This document shows, in pieces, positions 15,748 to 27,507 of a DNA stretch of 41,556 nucleotides. Numbering within the stretch: position 1 is the first letter of the stretch; each line of letters begins with the position of its first letter. Origin of the DNA: Sulfurovum sp. (GTDB lineage Bacteria; Campylobacterota; Campylobacteria; Campylobacterales; Sulfurovaceae); assembly GCF_041551015.1 (NCBI RefSeq), contig NZ_JBFENQ010000001.1, forward strand, positions 1-41,556. Reading direction: 5' to 3'. The position numbers and the translations under genes were made by a program. A model generated the notes under the pieces. The model made no database searches. It was not told the DNA's origin and saw only the letters and a list, made by a program, of their open reading frames with translations.

Positions 15748-18318
15748 CTACTCAACCATCGCTTCAAGTTCTTCTTTAGATACTTTGTTGAAGTTTAGGT
15801 ATTTATAGATATCATCACTCATTTCTGGCTTGATTTTATCTGAAACGATTGCTAAATACTCTTCAGCAGTTGGCAATTTACCTTTAAGTGCAACCACAGC
15901 AGCAAGCTCTGCAGACCCAAGGTATACTTGTGAACCTTTACCAAGTCTGTTATCAAAGTTTCTTGTAGATGTAGAGAATACCCATGCATTTTGCTTAACA
16001 GCTGCTTGGTTACCCATACATAGTGAGCATCCTGGAGGCTCGATACGTGCACCTGCCATCCCAAAGATAGAGTAGTAACCCTCTTCAGTCAATGTTTTCT
16101 CATCCATTTTAGTTGGAGGACAGATCCAAAGTCTAGTATCAACAGGACCTTCACCTCTAAGTACCTCTGCATTGGCTCTAAAGAGACCAATGTTTGTCAT
16201 ACAAGAACCAACGAATACTTCATCGATATCTGTTCTAAGACCTGCAGCATGTACTTCAGAAAGTGTTTTAACGTCATCTGGATCGTTTGGACAAGCTACA
16301 ATTGGCTCTTTGATCTCAGACATGTTGATCTCAATCACTGCTGCATATTCTGCATCTGCATCTGCTTCAAGAAGCACAGGGTTTGCGATCCAGTCTCTCA
16401 TTTTTTGTGCACGTCTCTCAAGTGTTGCTTTATCTTCATACCCTTGAGCGATAAGCTCTTCGATAAGTGCAATATTTGATTCAAGGTACTCAATGATCGG
16501 CTCTTTATCAAGCTTAACAGTACATGCTGCAGCAGAACGCTCAGCAGAAGCATCTGAAAGTTCAAATGCTTGTTCACACTTAAGTTGTTCAAGTCCCTCA
16601 ATCTCAAGTACTCTACCAGAGAAGATATTTTTCTTACCAGCTTTTTCAACAGTCAAAAGACCATCTTTGATCGCCTGATAAGGAATAGCATTAACCATAT
16701 CTCTAAGAGTAATACCTGGTTGCATTTCACCTGTAAATCTTACAAGTACAGATTCTGGCATAGTAAGTGGCATCATACCAGTTACAGCAGCAAAAGCAAC
16801 AAGACCAGATCCTGCAGGGAAAGATATACCAATAGGGAATCTTGTGTGGCTATCTGCACCAGTTCCTACAGTATCAGGAAGACACATTCTGTTTAACCAT
16901 GAGTGAATTACTCCGTCACCTGGTCTAAGTGTAAATCCTTTTCTCTCAGTCATGAAGTCTGGAAGTGTATGATGTAATTTGATATCAGCTGGTTTTGGAT
17001 ATGCTGATGTGTGACAGAATGACTGCAATACAAAGTCCGCACCAAAGCTAAGTGCTGCAAGGTCTTTTACTTCATCTCTTGTCATGGCACCTGTTGTATC
17101 TTGTGAACCAACTGTAGTACATACTGGCTCAGAGTAAACACCTGGTTTAACGCCATCCATACCAGCAGCTTTTCCTACCATTTTTTGTGCAAGTGTAAAG
17201 CCTTTACCATTATCTTCAGGCATAGCTGGAGTCATAAAGATATCTCCTGCATCCATACCTAAAGCCTCTCTAGCTTTAGCTGTAAGTCCTTTACCAATAA
17301 TAAGTGGTACACGACCCCCTGCTCTCATCTCATCTGGAAGCGTGTTTGGCTCAAGTTCAAATTCTGAAACTACTTCACCATCTTTCTCTATAACACCTTC
17401 AAAAGGTTTAACAGTGATCACATCACCCGTCTCTAATTTATCTACTGGTGCTTGAATAGGTAAACATCCTGAGTCTTCCGCTGTATTAAAGAAGATTGGT
17501 GCAATAATACCACCAATTACAACACCGCCTGTTCTTTTACCTGGGATATAAGGAATATCTTCACCCATGTGCCATTGTACTGAGTTGATACCAGATTTTC
17601 TTGATGAACCTGTACCTACAACATCACCAACGTATACTAGTGGATTTCCTTTTGTTTTGAGTTCTATCATAGTATCTAATGGGTTATCCATTCTATTTAC
17701 TAGGAATGAGTTTGCATGAAGAGGGACATCTGCTCTTGTAAATGCTTCTGAAGCAGGAGAAAGGTCATCAGTGTTTGTTTCTCCAGGGATTTTGTACACA
17801 GTAAGTTTGATCTCTTCTGCAATTGCTGGTTTATTATAGAACCACTCAGCATTAGCCCATGACTCTACAATTTCTTTAGCTAGAGCATGACCTTCGTCCA
17901 TAAGTTTCTTCACATCATTGAACGAATCATAAACAAGAAGTGTATTTTTAAGTTGTGTTGCTGCTGACTGAGCAACTGCAGCATCAGATGATGTAAGTGC
18001 ATCAACAAGAGGTGCAACGTTAAATCCACCTAACATTGTTCCTAAAAGTTCAGTAGCTTTTACTGCATCAATTTCTGTACAAGTTACGTTACCTTGCACA
18101 ATATCATTTAAAAATGCTGCTTTAATGTACGCTGCATCATCCACACCTGCTGGAACTTTGTTTTCAAATAATTCCATCGCGTATGCTGCATCATCAATGC
18201 TAGATGCTTTAAGTAGTTCTACAAGCTCTGCAGTTTGATCTGCTGTAAGAGCAAGTGGTGGTACACCTAACTCAGCACGTTCAGCTGTGTGAGCTTTATA
18301 TTCTTCTAATAAGGCCAT
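15748..18318 (-). CDS. acnB: Aconitate hydratase B
   Basis: N-terminal HEAT domain, [61 protein letters not shown]. Confidence 0.98.
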   Translation of the reverse strand: MALLEEYKAHTAERAELGVPPLALTADQTAELVELLKASSIDDAAYAMELFENKVPAGVDDAAYIKAAFLNDIVQGNVTCTEIDAVKATELLGTMLGGFNVAPLVDALTSSDAAVAQSAATQLKNTLLVYDSFNDVKKLMDEGHALAKEIVESWANAEWFYNKPAIAEEIKLTVYKIPGETNTDDLSPASEAFTRADVPLHANSFLVNRMDNPLDTMIELKTKGNPLVYVGDVVGTGSSRKSGINSVQWHMGEDIPYIPGKRTGGVVIGGIIAPIFFNTAEDSGCLPIQAPVDKLETGDVITVKPFEGVIEKDGEVVSEFELEPNTLPDEMRAGGRVPLIIGKGLTAKAREALGMDAGDIFMTPAMPEDNGKGFTLAQKMVGKAAGMDGVKPGVYSEPVCTTVGSQDTTGAMTRDEVKDLAALSFGADFVLQSFCHTSAYPKPADIKLHHTLPDFMTERKGFTLRPGDGVIHSWLNRMCLPDTVGTGADSHTRFPIGISFPAGSGLVAFAAVTGMMPLTMPESVLVRFTGEMQPGITLRDMVNAIPYQAIKDGLLTVEKAGKKNIFSGRVLEIEGLEQLKCEQAFELSDASAERSAAACTVKLDKEPIIEYLESNIALIEELIAQGYEDKATLERRAQKMRDWIANPVLLEADADAEYAAVIEINMSEIKEPIVACPNDPDDVKTLSEVHAAGLRTDIDEVFVGSCMTNIGLFRANAEVLRGEGPVDTRLWICPPTKMDEKTLTEEGYYSIFGMAGARIEPPGCSLCMGNQAAVKQNAWVFSTSTRNFDNRLGKGSQVYLGSAELAAVVALKGKLPTAEEYLAIVSDKIKPEMSDDIYKYLNFNKVSKEELEAMVE

Positions 18319-18486
18319 AATGGTCTCCTGTTTATAGTATTTGTATGCAGATATTAGCAGAAAATGGTTTTAATACAAATATTATAAGTTGAAGGTATAA
18401 AATAGATAATTTATTTGTATCGGATAGTTACAAATAAAGCATCAAATTCATTTTAAAAAAGGGACTTTTCCATAAATAACAGGAAA

Positions 18487-20724
18487 TTAGACTATTTCCC
18501 TGTTACCTTTTGCGTTCGGTGCACTTAATACACCCATCGCTTCAAGCTGTTCTATTATGTTTGCGGAACGGTTGTAGCCTATCTGCAGTTTACGCTGTAG
18601 ATATGAAATAGATGTTTTATTGTCAGACAAGACCACTGATTTGGCTTCTTCATAAAGAGGGTCAAGATCTATATCTCCGTCCTCTCCTTCACTGGCTGTA
18701 ACTCCACCCGCGACAAGATAACTTTCATCATACTCAGGTACACGTTGTGCTTTAAGGAACTCAACGATCTCTTCTATCTCTTCTTCTTTATTCCATGGTG
18801 CATGTAAACGTACAAGCCCTGTTGCCCCAGGAGGAGTAAACAGAGCATCACCACGACCAAGTAAACTCTCTGCTCCCATTGCATCTAAGATCACTTTAGA
18901 ATCTATACGTTGCCCTACACGATAACTCAACCTAGAAGGAAGATTGGCTTTGATAAGTCCTGTCACAACATCCACACTTGGTCTTTGGGTTGCGACTATA
19001 AGGTGTATACCACTGGCTCTTGCCATCTGCGCAAGTCTCGCAATAGAATACTCTACCTCTTTACCACCATTCATCATAAGATCAGCCAGCTCATCTATCA
19101 CAACAACGATGAAAGGAAAAGGATCTGCCGAACCGTCAGCTTTTACTTTTTCATTATAATTATCTATATTTTTTGTGCGGTTCTCTGCCATAAGTTTATA
19201 ACGACGTTCCATTTCTGCTACCATGTTTGAAAGTGCTGCAATAGCTTTTTTAGGTTCAGTGATCACAGGTGTGATCAAGTGCGGAATATCATTATAGATG
19301 GAAAACTCCAACATTTTAGGGTCAATGAGCATTAGCTTCAACTGGTCAGGATCGTTTCTGTAAAGCAAAGAGAGGATCATCGCATTGATACCTACTGATT
19401 TACCAGACCCTGTAGTTCCAGCTATAAGCAAATGCGGCAGTTTTTTAATATCTGTAATGAATGGCTTACCGACGATATCTTTACCTAATGCCACCGTCAA
19501 TGGGGAGCTTGAATTTTGGAATAGATCACTCTCAAGTATCTCACGAAGGTAAATGGTATCTATGTTTTCATTAGGTATCTCTATACCTACGACATCGCGC
19601 CCTGGTATAGGTGCCTGTATACGGATCGTTTCTGCTGCAAGCGCCATGGCAAGATCATCTTGTAAATTTAAAATCTTAGAGACTTTGACATTCGGTGCAG
19701 GTTTAAACTCAAATGTTGTAACCAGTGGACCGCTGTATGTACGTACGACATCACCATCAACATTAAACTGTTGTAGTTTTGCCAATAGTTCTTCTATCTT
19801 TCTATCTACCTCTGCCTCATTTACTTTTTTCGTTGTCTTAGGTGCTTTTTGTAAAAAATCAAGTTTAGGCAATTTAAAATTTTTAGGTTTTACGACAGTA
19901 CCTTTATCGATCTGTTCCATCAATTTAGAGTTTTCTTCAAGCTCATTGACAATCTCTACATTTGGATTGTGTTTAGTATTCTGTTCTTGCGTAGTGCTTA
20001 GTTCCATTTCATGTTCAAGCTCTAATATCTCATTTAATACAGGATCTTCTACTTCATCAAGCCCTTGAACTTTTTCTATTTCATGCTGTTTTAAAGCCTT
20101 TAAAGCAGCTGCTTTCCTTTTGGCAACTGCTTTTTTGGGTTTATCTTTCACAACATCCAAAACAGGCATCATCTCATCTTCAAGAGAAGGTGAAGAAAAA
20201 GGATTTGTAAAAATTTTTTTCAACACTTTTCCAAGCATAGAAAATGTACTACTCAACCAAGAAAAAGAGAGTGAAACCTTAGGTGCTTTCATCTTAAATC
20301 CGGAGAACCTGAAATCATCATCTATGATGAATACTAATGAGAGTGCCATAATCATCAGCCAGAACAACCAGAGTCCAGCTTTTCCGATGAGAGGGTATAA
20401 AAACTCTACTATCTGTGTACCTATGAAGCCTCTGTCCTGTGCTTCCAATACCAAAGCGCTAAAGAGTATAAGTGCAATGAAAAAGAGTAACCATCCCAAA
20501 TAAAAATCAATATTTTTTCTCACACGAGCATCAGTATAAAGTTTATAAAGCGGATAGAATAAAACAAAAATATTGATATATGCAAGATGTCCAAATAAAT
20601 AGAGATTGGTATCTCCTATTTTTTTCCCGATATCACCCACCAATGCGGTTTCATGGAAGATGGTAGAAAATGCAGCATAAATAAAAAGTATAGCCGTAAT
20701 AATAATTGTAATTTTCAATTTCAT
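18487..20724 (-). CDS. ftsK: DNA translocase FtsK
   Basis: N-terminal TMs, PHLLIAGTTGSGKS, IDPKMLE, VVIDELADLMM, ATQRPSVDV, gamma domain LQRKLQIGYNRSA. Confidence 0.97.
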   Translation of the reverse strand: MKLKITIIITAILFIYAAFSTIFHETALVGDIGKKIGDTNLYLFGHLAYINIFVLFYPLYKLYTDARVRKNIDFYLGWLLFFIALILFSALVLEAQDRGFIGTQIVEFLYPLIGKAGLWLFWLMIMALSLVFIIDDDFRFSGFKMKAPKVSLSFSWLSSTFSMLGKVLKKIFTNPFSSPSLEDEMMPVLDVVKDKPKKAVAKRKAAALKALKQHEIEKVQGLDEVEDPVLNEILELEHEMELSTTQEQNTKHNPNVEIVNELEENSKLMEQIDKGTVVKPKNFKLPKLDFLQKAPKTTKKVNEAEVDRKIEELLAKLQQFNVDGDVVRTYSGPLVTTFEFKPAPNVKVSKILNLQDDLAMALAAETIRIQAPIPGRDVVGIEIPNENIDTIYLREILESDLFQNSSSPLTVALGKDIVGKPFITDIKKLPHLLIAGTTGSGKSVGINAMILSLLYRNDPDQLKLMLIDPKMLEFSIYNDIPHLITPVITEPKKAIAALSNMVAEMERRYKLMAENRTKNIDNYNEKVKADGSADPFPFIVVVIDELADLMMNGGKEVEYSIARLAQMARASGIHLIVATQRPSVDVVTGLIKANLPSRLSYRVGQRIDSKVILDAMGAESLLGRGDALFTPPGATGLVRLHAPWNKEEEIEEIVEFLKAQRVPEYDESYLVAGGVTASEGEDGDIDLDPLYEEAKSVVLSDNKTSISYLQRKLQIGYNRSANIIEQLEAMGVLSAPNAKGNREIV

Positions 20725-20876
20725 TCCTAAATTAATATTAAATAATGAAGATATTATAACAAATTAAAATAAGTCACCTATGAAAATGTGTCAAAATGTC
20801 ATATTTACCCACATATACGAGCTAAATACGTCGAGAAGTATACTATTTACTGGAAATCTCATAATGAAACTGAACT

Positions 20877-22073
20877 CTATCTAATACGATTTTTAAAGCC
20901 TGTATTGATACGTAATCGTAGTCCTAGGTAATACACATGCGTTATCGCTTTTTTGAGCAAATAGGCAACATACCCTTTCACTTTAATATACTTAAACATT
21001 TCACCTACCGCATATTTCCCACCCAATGCGATAAAGATACCCTGAACATCAGCATCAAATGCTTGAGACTTTACTCCATCTATTTTATGTCGTATTGTTT
21101 TTGCCACATACTCTGCACTTTTTTCGGCAATTTGTGCTGTTGGAGGCAAAGCGTTACCTTTTGCATCTTTTATCTCGACACAATCGCCTATAGCAAATAC
21201 ATCTTTTTGACCTTGAACATTGAGCCCGGGGGTCGTGATGAGTTGATTGATACCATTTTTCTCACTCTCAATCGTGTCATTTAGTGCTGACGCTTTGATA
21301 CCACCCGTAAAGATCATGAAATTATAGGGCAGTTTTTCACCATTTTTAAAATGTATATATGATGTGTCAACATTGTTTATAAAGGCGCCTGTGAGGATCT
21401 TTACACCCAGTTCTTCTAACCTTTTTCTAGTATTCTCAATACTGTATTGTCCCATGCCGGGAAGAATGGTTTCACTTGCATCGATAAGATATATATGTAT
21501 CTCTTTTGCTGTATCTCCAATAGTTTTACTGTAGTTATCCAAAACATAAGCCATTTCTGCTGCAACTTCTACTCCACTAAGTCCTGCTCCTCCGATAGCA
21601 ATGTTAAGTTCACCTTCGTTGGAGCCCTCATCATTTTGTAGCTTTTTATATATAAGGTTCTCAAACTCTATTCTAAAGTTATGTGCTCTTTGTAAATTTT
21701 TTACACCATAACTGTTCTCTCTTAACCCCTCTATAAATGAAAAAAAGTGTGTTTTTGCACCTGTAGCAATGATGAGATAATCATAAAACAGATCTGTACC
21801 ATTTAAATGTACGCTCTTTTCTTCAAAGTTGATGGAAGTAGCCTCTCCATGAATGAACTTGACGTTGCCTTTAAATCCCTCACACCAACTCTTCAGATCG
21901 ATAGCAACATCATGTATATCAAATCGACCTGCAATATAACCATAAGCCTCGGTTTGTAAGTAGTGATAGGGGTTTTTATCAATCAGCGTAACAGCTACAT
22001 CTTTATACTCAGATAATGTCTCTATAGCGCGTAGTCCACCATACCCTCCGCCAATCACCAATACTTTTTTCAT
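20877..22073 (-). CDS. ndh: Type II NADH dehydrogenase-like FAD-dependent oxidoreductase
   Basis: GGGYGG, YDYLIIATG, GGAGLSGVEVAAE, FAIGDC and PPTAQIA motifs of the NDH-2 family; ATG at 22073. Confidence 0.85.
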   Translation of the reverse strand: MKKVLVIGGGYGGLRAIETLSEYKDVAVTLIDKNPYHYLQTEAYGYIAGRFDIHDVAIDLKSWCEGFKGNVKFIHGEATSINFEEKSVHLNGTDLFYDYLIIATGAKTHFFSFIEGLRENSYGVKNLQRAHNFRIEFENLIYKKLQNDEGSNEGELNIAIGGAGLSGVEVAAEMAYVLDNYSKTIGDTAKEIHIYLIDASETILPGMGQYSIENTRKRLEELGVKILTGAFINNVDTSYIHFKNGEKLPYNFMIFTGGIKASALNDTIESEKNGINQLITTPGLNVQGQKDVFAIGDCVEIKDAKGNALPPTAQIAEKSAEYVAKTIRHKIDGVKSQAFDADVQGIFIALGGKYAVGEMFKYIKVKGYVAYLLKKAITHVYYLGLRLRINTGFKNRIR

Positions 22074-22242
22074 CAATATCTATCTCCATAAGTTGCTTTG
22101 AAATCCATTTTACACAGTTAATATAAATAAATGGTTTGATCAGACTATTATGTATGCATATTTTATGCGATTATATTCGTAATGTACTAACCCTTCTTTA
22201 AGCACTTAATATGTAAAATCCCTTCTACATTTTATAATGTAC

Positions 22243-22327
22243 GCCGCAGTGATGGAACTGGTAGACTTGGTAGACTCAAAATCTTCTGCTTTCGGGCGTG
22301 TCGGTTCGAATCCGACCTGCGGTACCA
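22243..22327 (+). tRNA. tRNA-Leu(CAA)
   Basis: Acceptor gccgcag/ctgcggt, anticodon CAA at 22277-22279, long variable arm, GGTTCGAATCC T-arm, encoded CCA. Confidence 0.95.
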
Positions 22328-22371
22328 CCTTAATTTTAATCCCCCCTCAAAAAACACACAAAGATTCATAG

Positions 22372-22689
22372 TTAGTCTTTTTGATAGAAACTGATTAATG
22401 CCTTTGTTAATTTTTTCGCAGATTTTTCATCTGTAACCTCTCCAAAAAATGCCTGTAGCGTCCATCGTAAGTCTTTCATATAAAATTGATAGGTCATAAA
22501 TCCTCTTGTAGCAATATTTGGATCGATATTCTTTGGAGGTGTATCAAGTATAGATTGCTTGAAGTTTTTGTTGGCAAAAAGAAGTACTGCTGCCTCTTCT
22601 TGAGTATTTACCTGGTCAAGAAGGTCATATATACCTTCAGCTTCAAACTGTGCAGAATAACGTGCATAAACTTCTTCATCGATTTTCAT
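22372..22689 (-). CDS. Hypothetical protein (~105 aa)
   Basis: ORF between tRNAs; likely start MKIDEEVY at 22689 behind a G-rich SD; family not recognised. Confidence 0.6.
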   Translation of the reverse strand: MKIDEEVYARYSAQFEAEGIYDLLDQVNTQEEAAVLLFANKNFKQSILDTPPKNIDPNIATRGFMTYQFYMKDLRWTLQAFFGEVTDEKSAKKLTKALISFYQKD

Positions 22690-22926
22690 ATGATACTTCC
22701 CCTCTATTGGCAATATAAAAGTCCCAGATTTTATCGAAAAGTATAACATCGTTTTTCTTTATAGCAGAATCCTCATCATTACGAAGTAGGTTTAACCTTT
22801 CGATTATTTTGTTTTTTTACAAAAATTGTATTTATCCCCCTCTGATTTTGCCTACCTTAACATTCTGTTTTTACAGCGTTTTTGAAGCTGTAGTAATATA
22901 CAATGTTGCCGTCTTTTTAGTTTAAT

Positions 22927-23002
22927 GCGGGCGTAGCTCAGTGGCTAGAGTTCCTGCCTTCCAAGCAGGCTGTCGAGGGTTCGAATCCCTTCGCCCGCTC
23001 CA
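22927..23002 (+). tRNA. tRNA-Gly(TCC)
   Basis: gcgggcg/cgcccgc acceptor, cctgc-ctTCCaa-gcagg anticodon arm, T-arm, CCA. Confidence 0.97.
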
Positions 23003-23036
23003 CTTTAACAAGACATTTTACACACATTATGGATGC

Positions 23037-23111
23037 GCGGGCGTAGCTCAGCGGTAGAGCATAACCTTGCCAAGGTTGGGGTCGACGGTTCGAACCCGTT
23101 CGCCCGCTCCA
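23037..23111 (+). tRNA. tRNA-Gly(GCC)
   Basis: gcgggcg/cgcccgc acceptor, taacc-ttGCCaa-ggttg anticodon arm, T-arm, CCA. Confidence 0.97.
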
Positions 23112-23191
23112 TAAACATTAAATCTTCAAATCAAATCCCAAACTCTTAATTTCTTTTGCTATAATCCTACTTATAAAAAATAAGGCATATT

Positions 23192-23713
23192 ATGAAACTC
23201 GTCGTGGCAATTACCGGTGCTAGTGGTGTTCAGTTGGGGAAGAAGTTTGTTGACTACTTACCCTCTCACGTCGAAGCGCATGTAGTCGTTTCAAATAATG
23301 CCCTTACAGTAGAATCTTTTGAAAATAAAAAAGTGACTTTGCATTCGAGTGAAAATATCGCAGCATCTATCTCTTCAGGTTCATTTAGAGTAGATGCAAC
23401 GGCTATCATTCCTTGCAGTATGAATACTCTGGCGAAAGTGGCCTGTGGCATCAGTGATAACCTGACTACACGTGTCGCTGCGGTGGCAATGAAAGAGCAA
23501 AAAAAGCTGCTTCTTGCTCCCAGAGAGTTACCATTTTCTTCCATAGCATTGGAGAACATGCATAAGTTAGCCACTTTGGGAGTCATCATCGCACCGCCTG
23601 TGATGGGTTACTACTCTGAATCATCTTCATTAGATGATATGGAAAAGTTTATCATTGGCAAGTGGTATGATGTGTTGGGCATCGAAAATAATCTTTATGA
23701 AAGATGGAGTTAA
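23192..23713 (+). CDS. ubiX: Flavin prenyltransferase UbiX
   Basis: [35 protein letters not shown]. Confidence 0.95.
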   Translation: MKLVVAITGASGVQLGKKFVDYLPSHVEAHVVVSNNALTVESFENKKVTLHSSENIAASISSGSFRVDATAIIPCSMNTLAKVACGISDNLTTRVAAVAMKEQKKLLLAPRELPFSSIALENMHKLATLGVIIAPPVMGYYSESSSLDDMEKFIIGKWYDVLGIENNLYERWS

Positions 23714-23714
23714 T

Positions 23715-24197
23715 ATGAGTGATATCAGAAAAGCTATATATCCGGGAACTTTTGACCCTATCACAAATGGACATTTAGACATCATCACACGTGCCTGTCA
23801 TATGTTTGATGAAATTATCGTTGCAGTAGCAGACTCTGAAGCCAAAAAACCAATGTTTAGTTTAGATCAACGTATAGAGATGGTCAAAGTAGCTACCAAA
23901 GATTTTCCTAAAATAAAAGTCATAGGATTCCAAGGTCTACTTGTAGATCTTTCAGATGAATTAGATGCAAATATCCTCGTAAGAGGTCTTAGAGCGGTAA
24001 GTGACTTCGAATATGAACTTCAAATGGGTTATGCCAATGCTTCACTCAAAAAAGAGTTAGAGACCGTTTATCTTATGCCAACTTTGGAACATGCCTTTGT
24101 GAGTTCTTCTGTGGTTCGTTCAATTTTAGAATTTAATGGAAAAATAGACCATCTTGTCCCAGATGAAGCACTAAAACTGATAAAGAGTACACGCTAA
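23715..24197 (+). CDS. coaD: Phosphopantetheine adenylyltransferase
   Basis: [34 protein letters not shown]; start reassigned to ATG 23715. Confidence 0.97.
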   Translation: MSDIRKAIYPGTFDPITNGHLDIITRACHMFDEIIVAVADSEAKKPMFSLDQRIEMVKVATKDFPKIKVIGFQGLLVDLSDELDANILVRGLRAVSDFEYELQMGYANASLKKELETVYLMPTLEHAFVSSSVVRSILEFNGKIDHLVPDEALKLIKSTR

Positions 24198-24778
24198 TGT
24201 ATATACTTTTTGAAGGCATAGATACCTGTGGAAAGAGTACACAGATCGATCTCATTTCACAAAAACACCCTGAGATCATCATCACCCATGAACCAGGAGG
24301 CACACCTTTTGGGAAAAAAGCCAGAAAGATACTTCTTTCTGATTCATTGGCTTCCAAGCGTGCAGAACTTCTGCTTTTTTTGGCTGACAGAGCAGAACAT
24401 TACCAGGAAGTCATTTCTCCAAATAAGGACAAGGTCATCATATCTGACAGAGGATTCCTTTCTGGTATCGGGTATGCTCTCGCCAATGATGACTTTGATT
24501 TTGAGGAACTTGTAAGCCTGAATAGATTTGCACTTGAAGGGCATTTTCCAGACAAGGTCATCTTGTTTTTAACCGATATGAAGACTTTGGAAGAACGTAC
24601 TTCTGTTAAATGTCTAGATGGCATTGAGCTTAGAGGCTTAGAGTATCTTCTCACAGTACAAGAGCATATGAAACAAAGTATACTCAAGCTTGGTATTCCC
24701 CATCTTTTTGTAGATGCGACAGAAGATATAGAAACGATACACACACATATAACAGACTATTTAAGGAACACACTATGA
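24197..24778 (+). CDS. tmk: Thymidylate kinase
   Basis: FEGIDTCGKST P-loop, EPGGT, LLFLADRAEH, ISDR. Confidence 0.95.
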   Translation: MYILFEGIDTCGKSTQIDLISQKHPEIIITHEPGGTPFGKKARKILLSDSLASKRAELLLFLADRAEHYQEVISPNKDKVIISDRGFLSGIGYALANDDFDFEELVSLNRFALEGHFPDKVILFLTDMKTLEERTSVKCLDGIELRGLEYLLTVQEHMKQSILKLGIPHLFVDATEDIETIHTHITDYLRNTL

Positions 24779-25986
24779 TCAACCCACTTAGAGGCATGAA
24801 AGACCTTACTTTTGACGAGAGCCAACGCTTTGTACACATTGTAACCACTGCCATAGGTGTAGCAAAAAAGTATGGATACAGTTACATTGAAACGCCTATA
24901 CTTGAAGAGACTGCTCTGTTTAAACGTTCTGTAGGTGACAGCAGTGACATCGTCAGTAAAGAGATGTACCAGTTTGAAGACAAAGGCGGTAATGATGTCT
25001 GTATGCGTCCGGAAGGTACGGCAGGTGTAGTTCGTGCTTTTGTTTCTGCCAAACTTGATCGTCAACCTGTCAAACAGAAATTTTACTACTATGGACCTAT
25101 GTTCCGTTATGAAAGACCTCAGAAGGGTCGTTTGAGAGAATTTCACCAGTTTGGTTGTGAAAGTTTTGGTGAAGGTTCTGTCTATGAAGACTTTACCATT
25201 ATTACTATGATAAGCCAGATCTTCTCCGAATTAGGAGTAGGCTTTGATCTAAAGATAAACTCACTTGGGTGTAAGGTATGTATGCCAAAATACAAAGAAA
25301 ATCTTGTAGGCTCTTTAACTGCTATCAAAGATGAACTTTGTGAAGATTGTAACCGTCGAATTGGTACAAATCCTATACGTGTACTTGATTGTAAAAATGG
25401 AAAGTGCCAATCACTCTTGGTAGAGTCACCAAAACTCATCGATTACCTTTGTATAGAGTGTGATCCAGACTTCAACAAACTCACTGCCCTACTTGACAAA
25501 GCAGGTATAAATTACGAAGTAGACACAAACCTGGTACGTGGACTGGACTACTACGGAAAGACAGCCTTTGAGTTCGTTAGTAACGAGATAGGTGCACAAA
25601 GTGCCATCGCAGGCGGTGGACGCTACGACAGGCTTGTAGAATTTCTAGATGGTAAACCTACACCAGCTGTAGGCTTTGCCATAGGTATAGAACGTATCAT
25701 GGAACTTGTACAAATGCCAGAAGTAAACAAAGAGGGTATCTACCTTGGTGCTATGACTGAAGAAGCTGTAGAAGCCCTCTTCCCTATAGCAACTGCTAAA
25801 CGTAAAGAGACAAAAGTAACCTTGGAGTACGATTCAAAAGGTTTCAAAAGTCACATGAAAGGAGCAGATAAGGTCAATGCACGCTATTGTGTTCTCATAG
25901 GAGAAGATGAACTGAAAAATGGCACTGTCTGGGTCAAAGACTTGGAGAGTAAAGAAGAGCGTACAGTTTTACTTGGGGAGTTTTAA
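24775..25986 (+). CDS. hisS: Histidine--tRNA ligase
   Basis: RGMKD, RPEGTA, FRYERPQKGRLREFHQ, LVRGLDYY, GGGRYD, GFAIGIER. Confidence 0.98.
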   Translation: MINPLRGMKDLTFDESQRFVHIVTTAIGVAKKYGYSYIETPILEETALFKRSVGDSSDIVSKEMYQFEDKGGNDVCMRPEGTAGVVRAFVSAKLDRQPVKQKFYYYGPMFRYERPQKGRLREFHQFGCESFGEGSVYEDFTIITMISQIFSELGVGFDLKINSLGCKVCMPKYKENLVGSLTAIKDELCEDCNRRIGTNPIRVLDCKNGKCQSLLVESPKLIDYLCIECDPDFNKLTALLDKAGINYEVDTNLVRGLDYYGKTAFEFVSNEIGAQSAIAGGGRYDRLVEFLDGKPTPAVGFAIGIERIMELVQMPEVNKEGIYLGAMTEEAVEALFPIATAKRKETKVTLEYDSKGFKSHMKGADKVNARYCVLIGEDELKNGTVWVKDLESKEERTVLLGEF

Positions 25987-25996
25987 AAAATCCTCT

Positions 25997-26578
25997 CTAA
26001 CGTAACCATGCTACCAAATCTCTACTCAACTTCGTTACTGCTACATTTGTAGCAGTAACGTAGCCTTTTGCATCAGTTGTTGGTGTGGATTCTTTGTAGC
26101 TAAACCTTTTACTTTTTACCAGGTTCCCTGTCTCTGTACTTATGAGATTGAACTGTATAGATACAACAGCATGTGACTCTGCTTCTCGAACTCTATGATA
26201 AAAAGCAAATATAGTACTTTCTAATCTATAATCTTCTTTAGCCGTTGATGTATCAGATAATACTACATTAAAAAGCTTACTTCCATCTAAAACCTCTATA
26301 AATGTACCTTGCAGAATTTTACTCATATTGTTCGACCACTCAGAGTTTTGATAATTACCGCTATCAATACTGCTGTATGAGAAGTTCATTTTTTGTGATA
26401 TGTGATCTTTTAAACTCTGCGGGTATGTGATTTTAATACTTTTGCTTTTATAGTTACTACTATGTACTGTACTCACAGGAGCGATATCTAAACTATAGAC
26501 TTTGAGTGCCGGTTCTTTTGTACATCCTAATAACCCTATAAGTATGATAATTAATGCTAAGTACTTATTTCTTGTCAT
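25997..26578 (-). CDS. ABC-type transport auxiliary lipoprotein (PqiC-like)
   Basis: Lipobox LLGC; last gene of the MCE/ABC operon. Confidence 0.8.
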   Translation of the reverse strand: MTRNKYLALIIILIGLLGCTKEPALKVYSLDIAPVSTVHSSNYKSKSIKITYPQSLKDHISQKMNFSYSSIDSGNYQNSEWSNNMSKILQGTFIEVLDGSKLFNVVLSDTSTAKEDYRLESTIFAFYHRVREAESHAVVSIQFNLISTETGNLVKSKRFSYKESTPTTDAKGYVTATNVAVTKLSRDLVAWLR

Positions 26579-27507
26579 TCCCCTGGTCCTTTCATTGATT
26601 TTCTGGACTTGAACAGAAGATCACTTGGATTATTTTCTATACTTCGTGACATATCATTCAGCTGACCTAAAAGTATATCTATATCTACAAGCATTGGTTC
26701 AAAGATCTTTTTGAAATTATAATCTCCTCTCTCTATACTCTTTTCTACTTTGAGTGTAACACGATTAAAATTCTTACTAGTTTCCATTAACTTCTCTACT
26801 GTAGGGACAGTGACTTCTTTAATTTCTGCAAAATCTTTTTGCATTTGTTTGAAATCTGTAATAGCTTCTGTCAATCTTTTGTTTATGTTCGCCATAGAAA
26901 CCCTGAACTCATCAAGAGTAACAATGACCTTATCTTCCAACTCTTCGCTTTTTGCTGTTACTCTCTCAGTGTTATCAAGGATATTTCCTATCGTTTCAAT
27001 ATTGTGATCTGAAAGGAGCTTTTGACTCTGCAGTAAAAGATCTTCTATTTTTCCACTCGCTCCACCAATGTCACCTGTTAATTTCGTCAGGAAGGAGGGT
27101 TTTGTCTTAATAATTGGAATATGATCTTTTGTAGGTAATAAAGTTTTAGCTTCGTTTGTGCCCCCATCTATCTCTATAGATAAGAGTCCTGTCACACCAA
27201 ACATTGCTGTATGTGCTACCATATCTTCTTTGATAGGTATGCCCTTTTTTATTTTTACAAATACTTCAACCATTTCTATATTTTGAGGATTAATTTGTAT
27301 TTTACTTACGCTACCAATATCTACACCACGTAATTTTACATTAGAATCTATAGAAAGCCCTGCAACAGAGTCATACATTTCAAGTTTGTAGGTATCAAAT
27401 TCTTCTTGTAGATCATACTTGGCAAGCCAAAAAGCAAACCAAACCATACCGGCTCCAAAAAATAATACGAATATACCTACAATAGTATAATTGACTCTGC
27501 TATACAT
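26575..27507 (-). CDS. mlaD: MlaD/MCE-domain protein
   Basis: N-terminal TM (VGIFVL), SVAGLSIDSNVKLRGVDIGSV MCE motif, coiled coil, ENNPSDLLF tail. Confidence 0.88.
   Translation of the reverse strand: MYSRVNYTIVGIFVLFFGAGMVWFAFWLAKYDLQEEFDTYKLEMYDSVAGLSIDSNVKLRGVDIGSVSKIQINPQNIEMVEVFVKIKKGIPIKEDMVAHTAMFGVTGLLSIEIDGGTNEAKTLLPTKDHIPIIKTKPSFLTKLTGDIGGASGKIEDLLLQSQKLLSDHNIETIGNILDNTERVTAKSEELEDKVIVTLDEFRVSMANINKRLTEAITDFKQMQKDFAEIKEVTVPTVEKLMETSKNFNRVTLKVEKSIERGDYNFKKIFEPMLVDIDILLGQLNDMSRSIENNPSDLLFKSRKSMKGPGE

Noticed and set aside
15830-21641. Numerous 60-170 aa ORFs antisense or off-frame within acnB, ftsK and ndh (similar ones throughout the window)
   Set aside because: Fully nested in well-supported genes, with no recognisable motifs.
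22243-23111. Prophage or genomic island integrated at the tRNAs
   Set aside because: No integrase and no duplicated tRNA 3' end seen; flanks are housekeeping genes.
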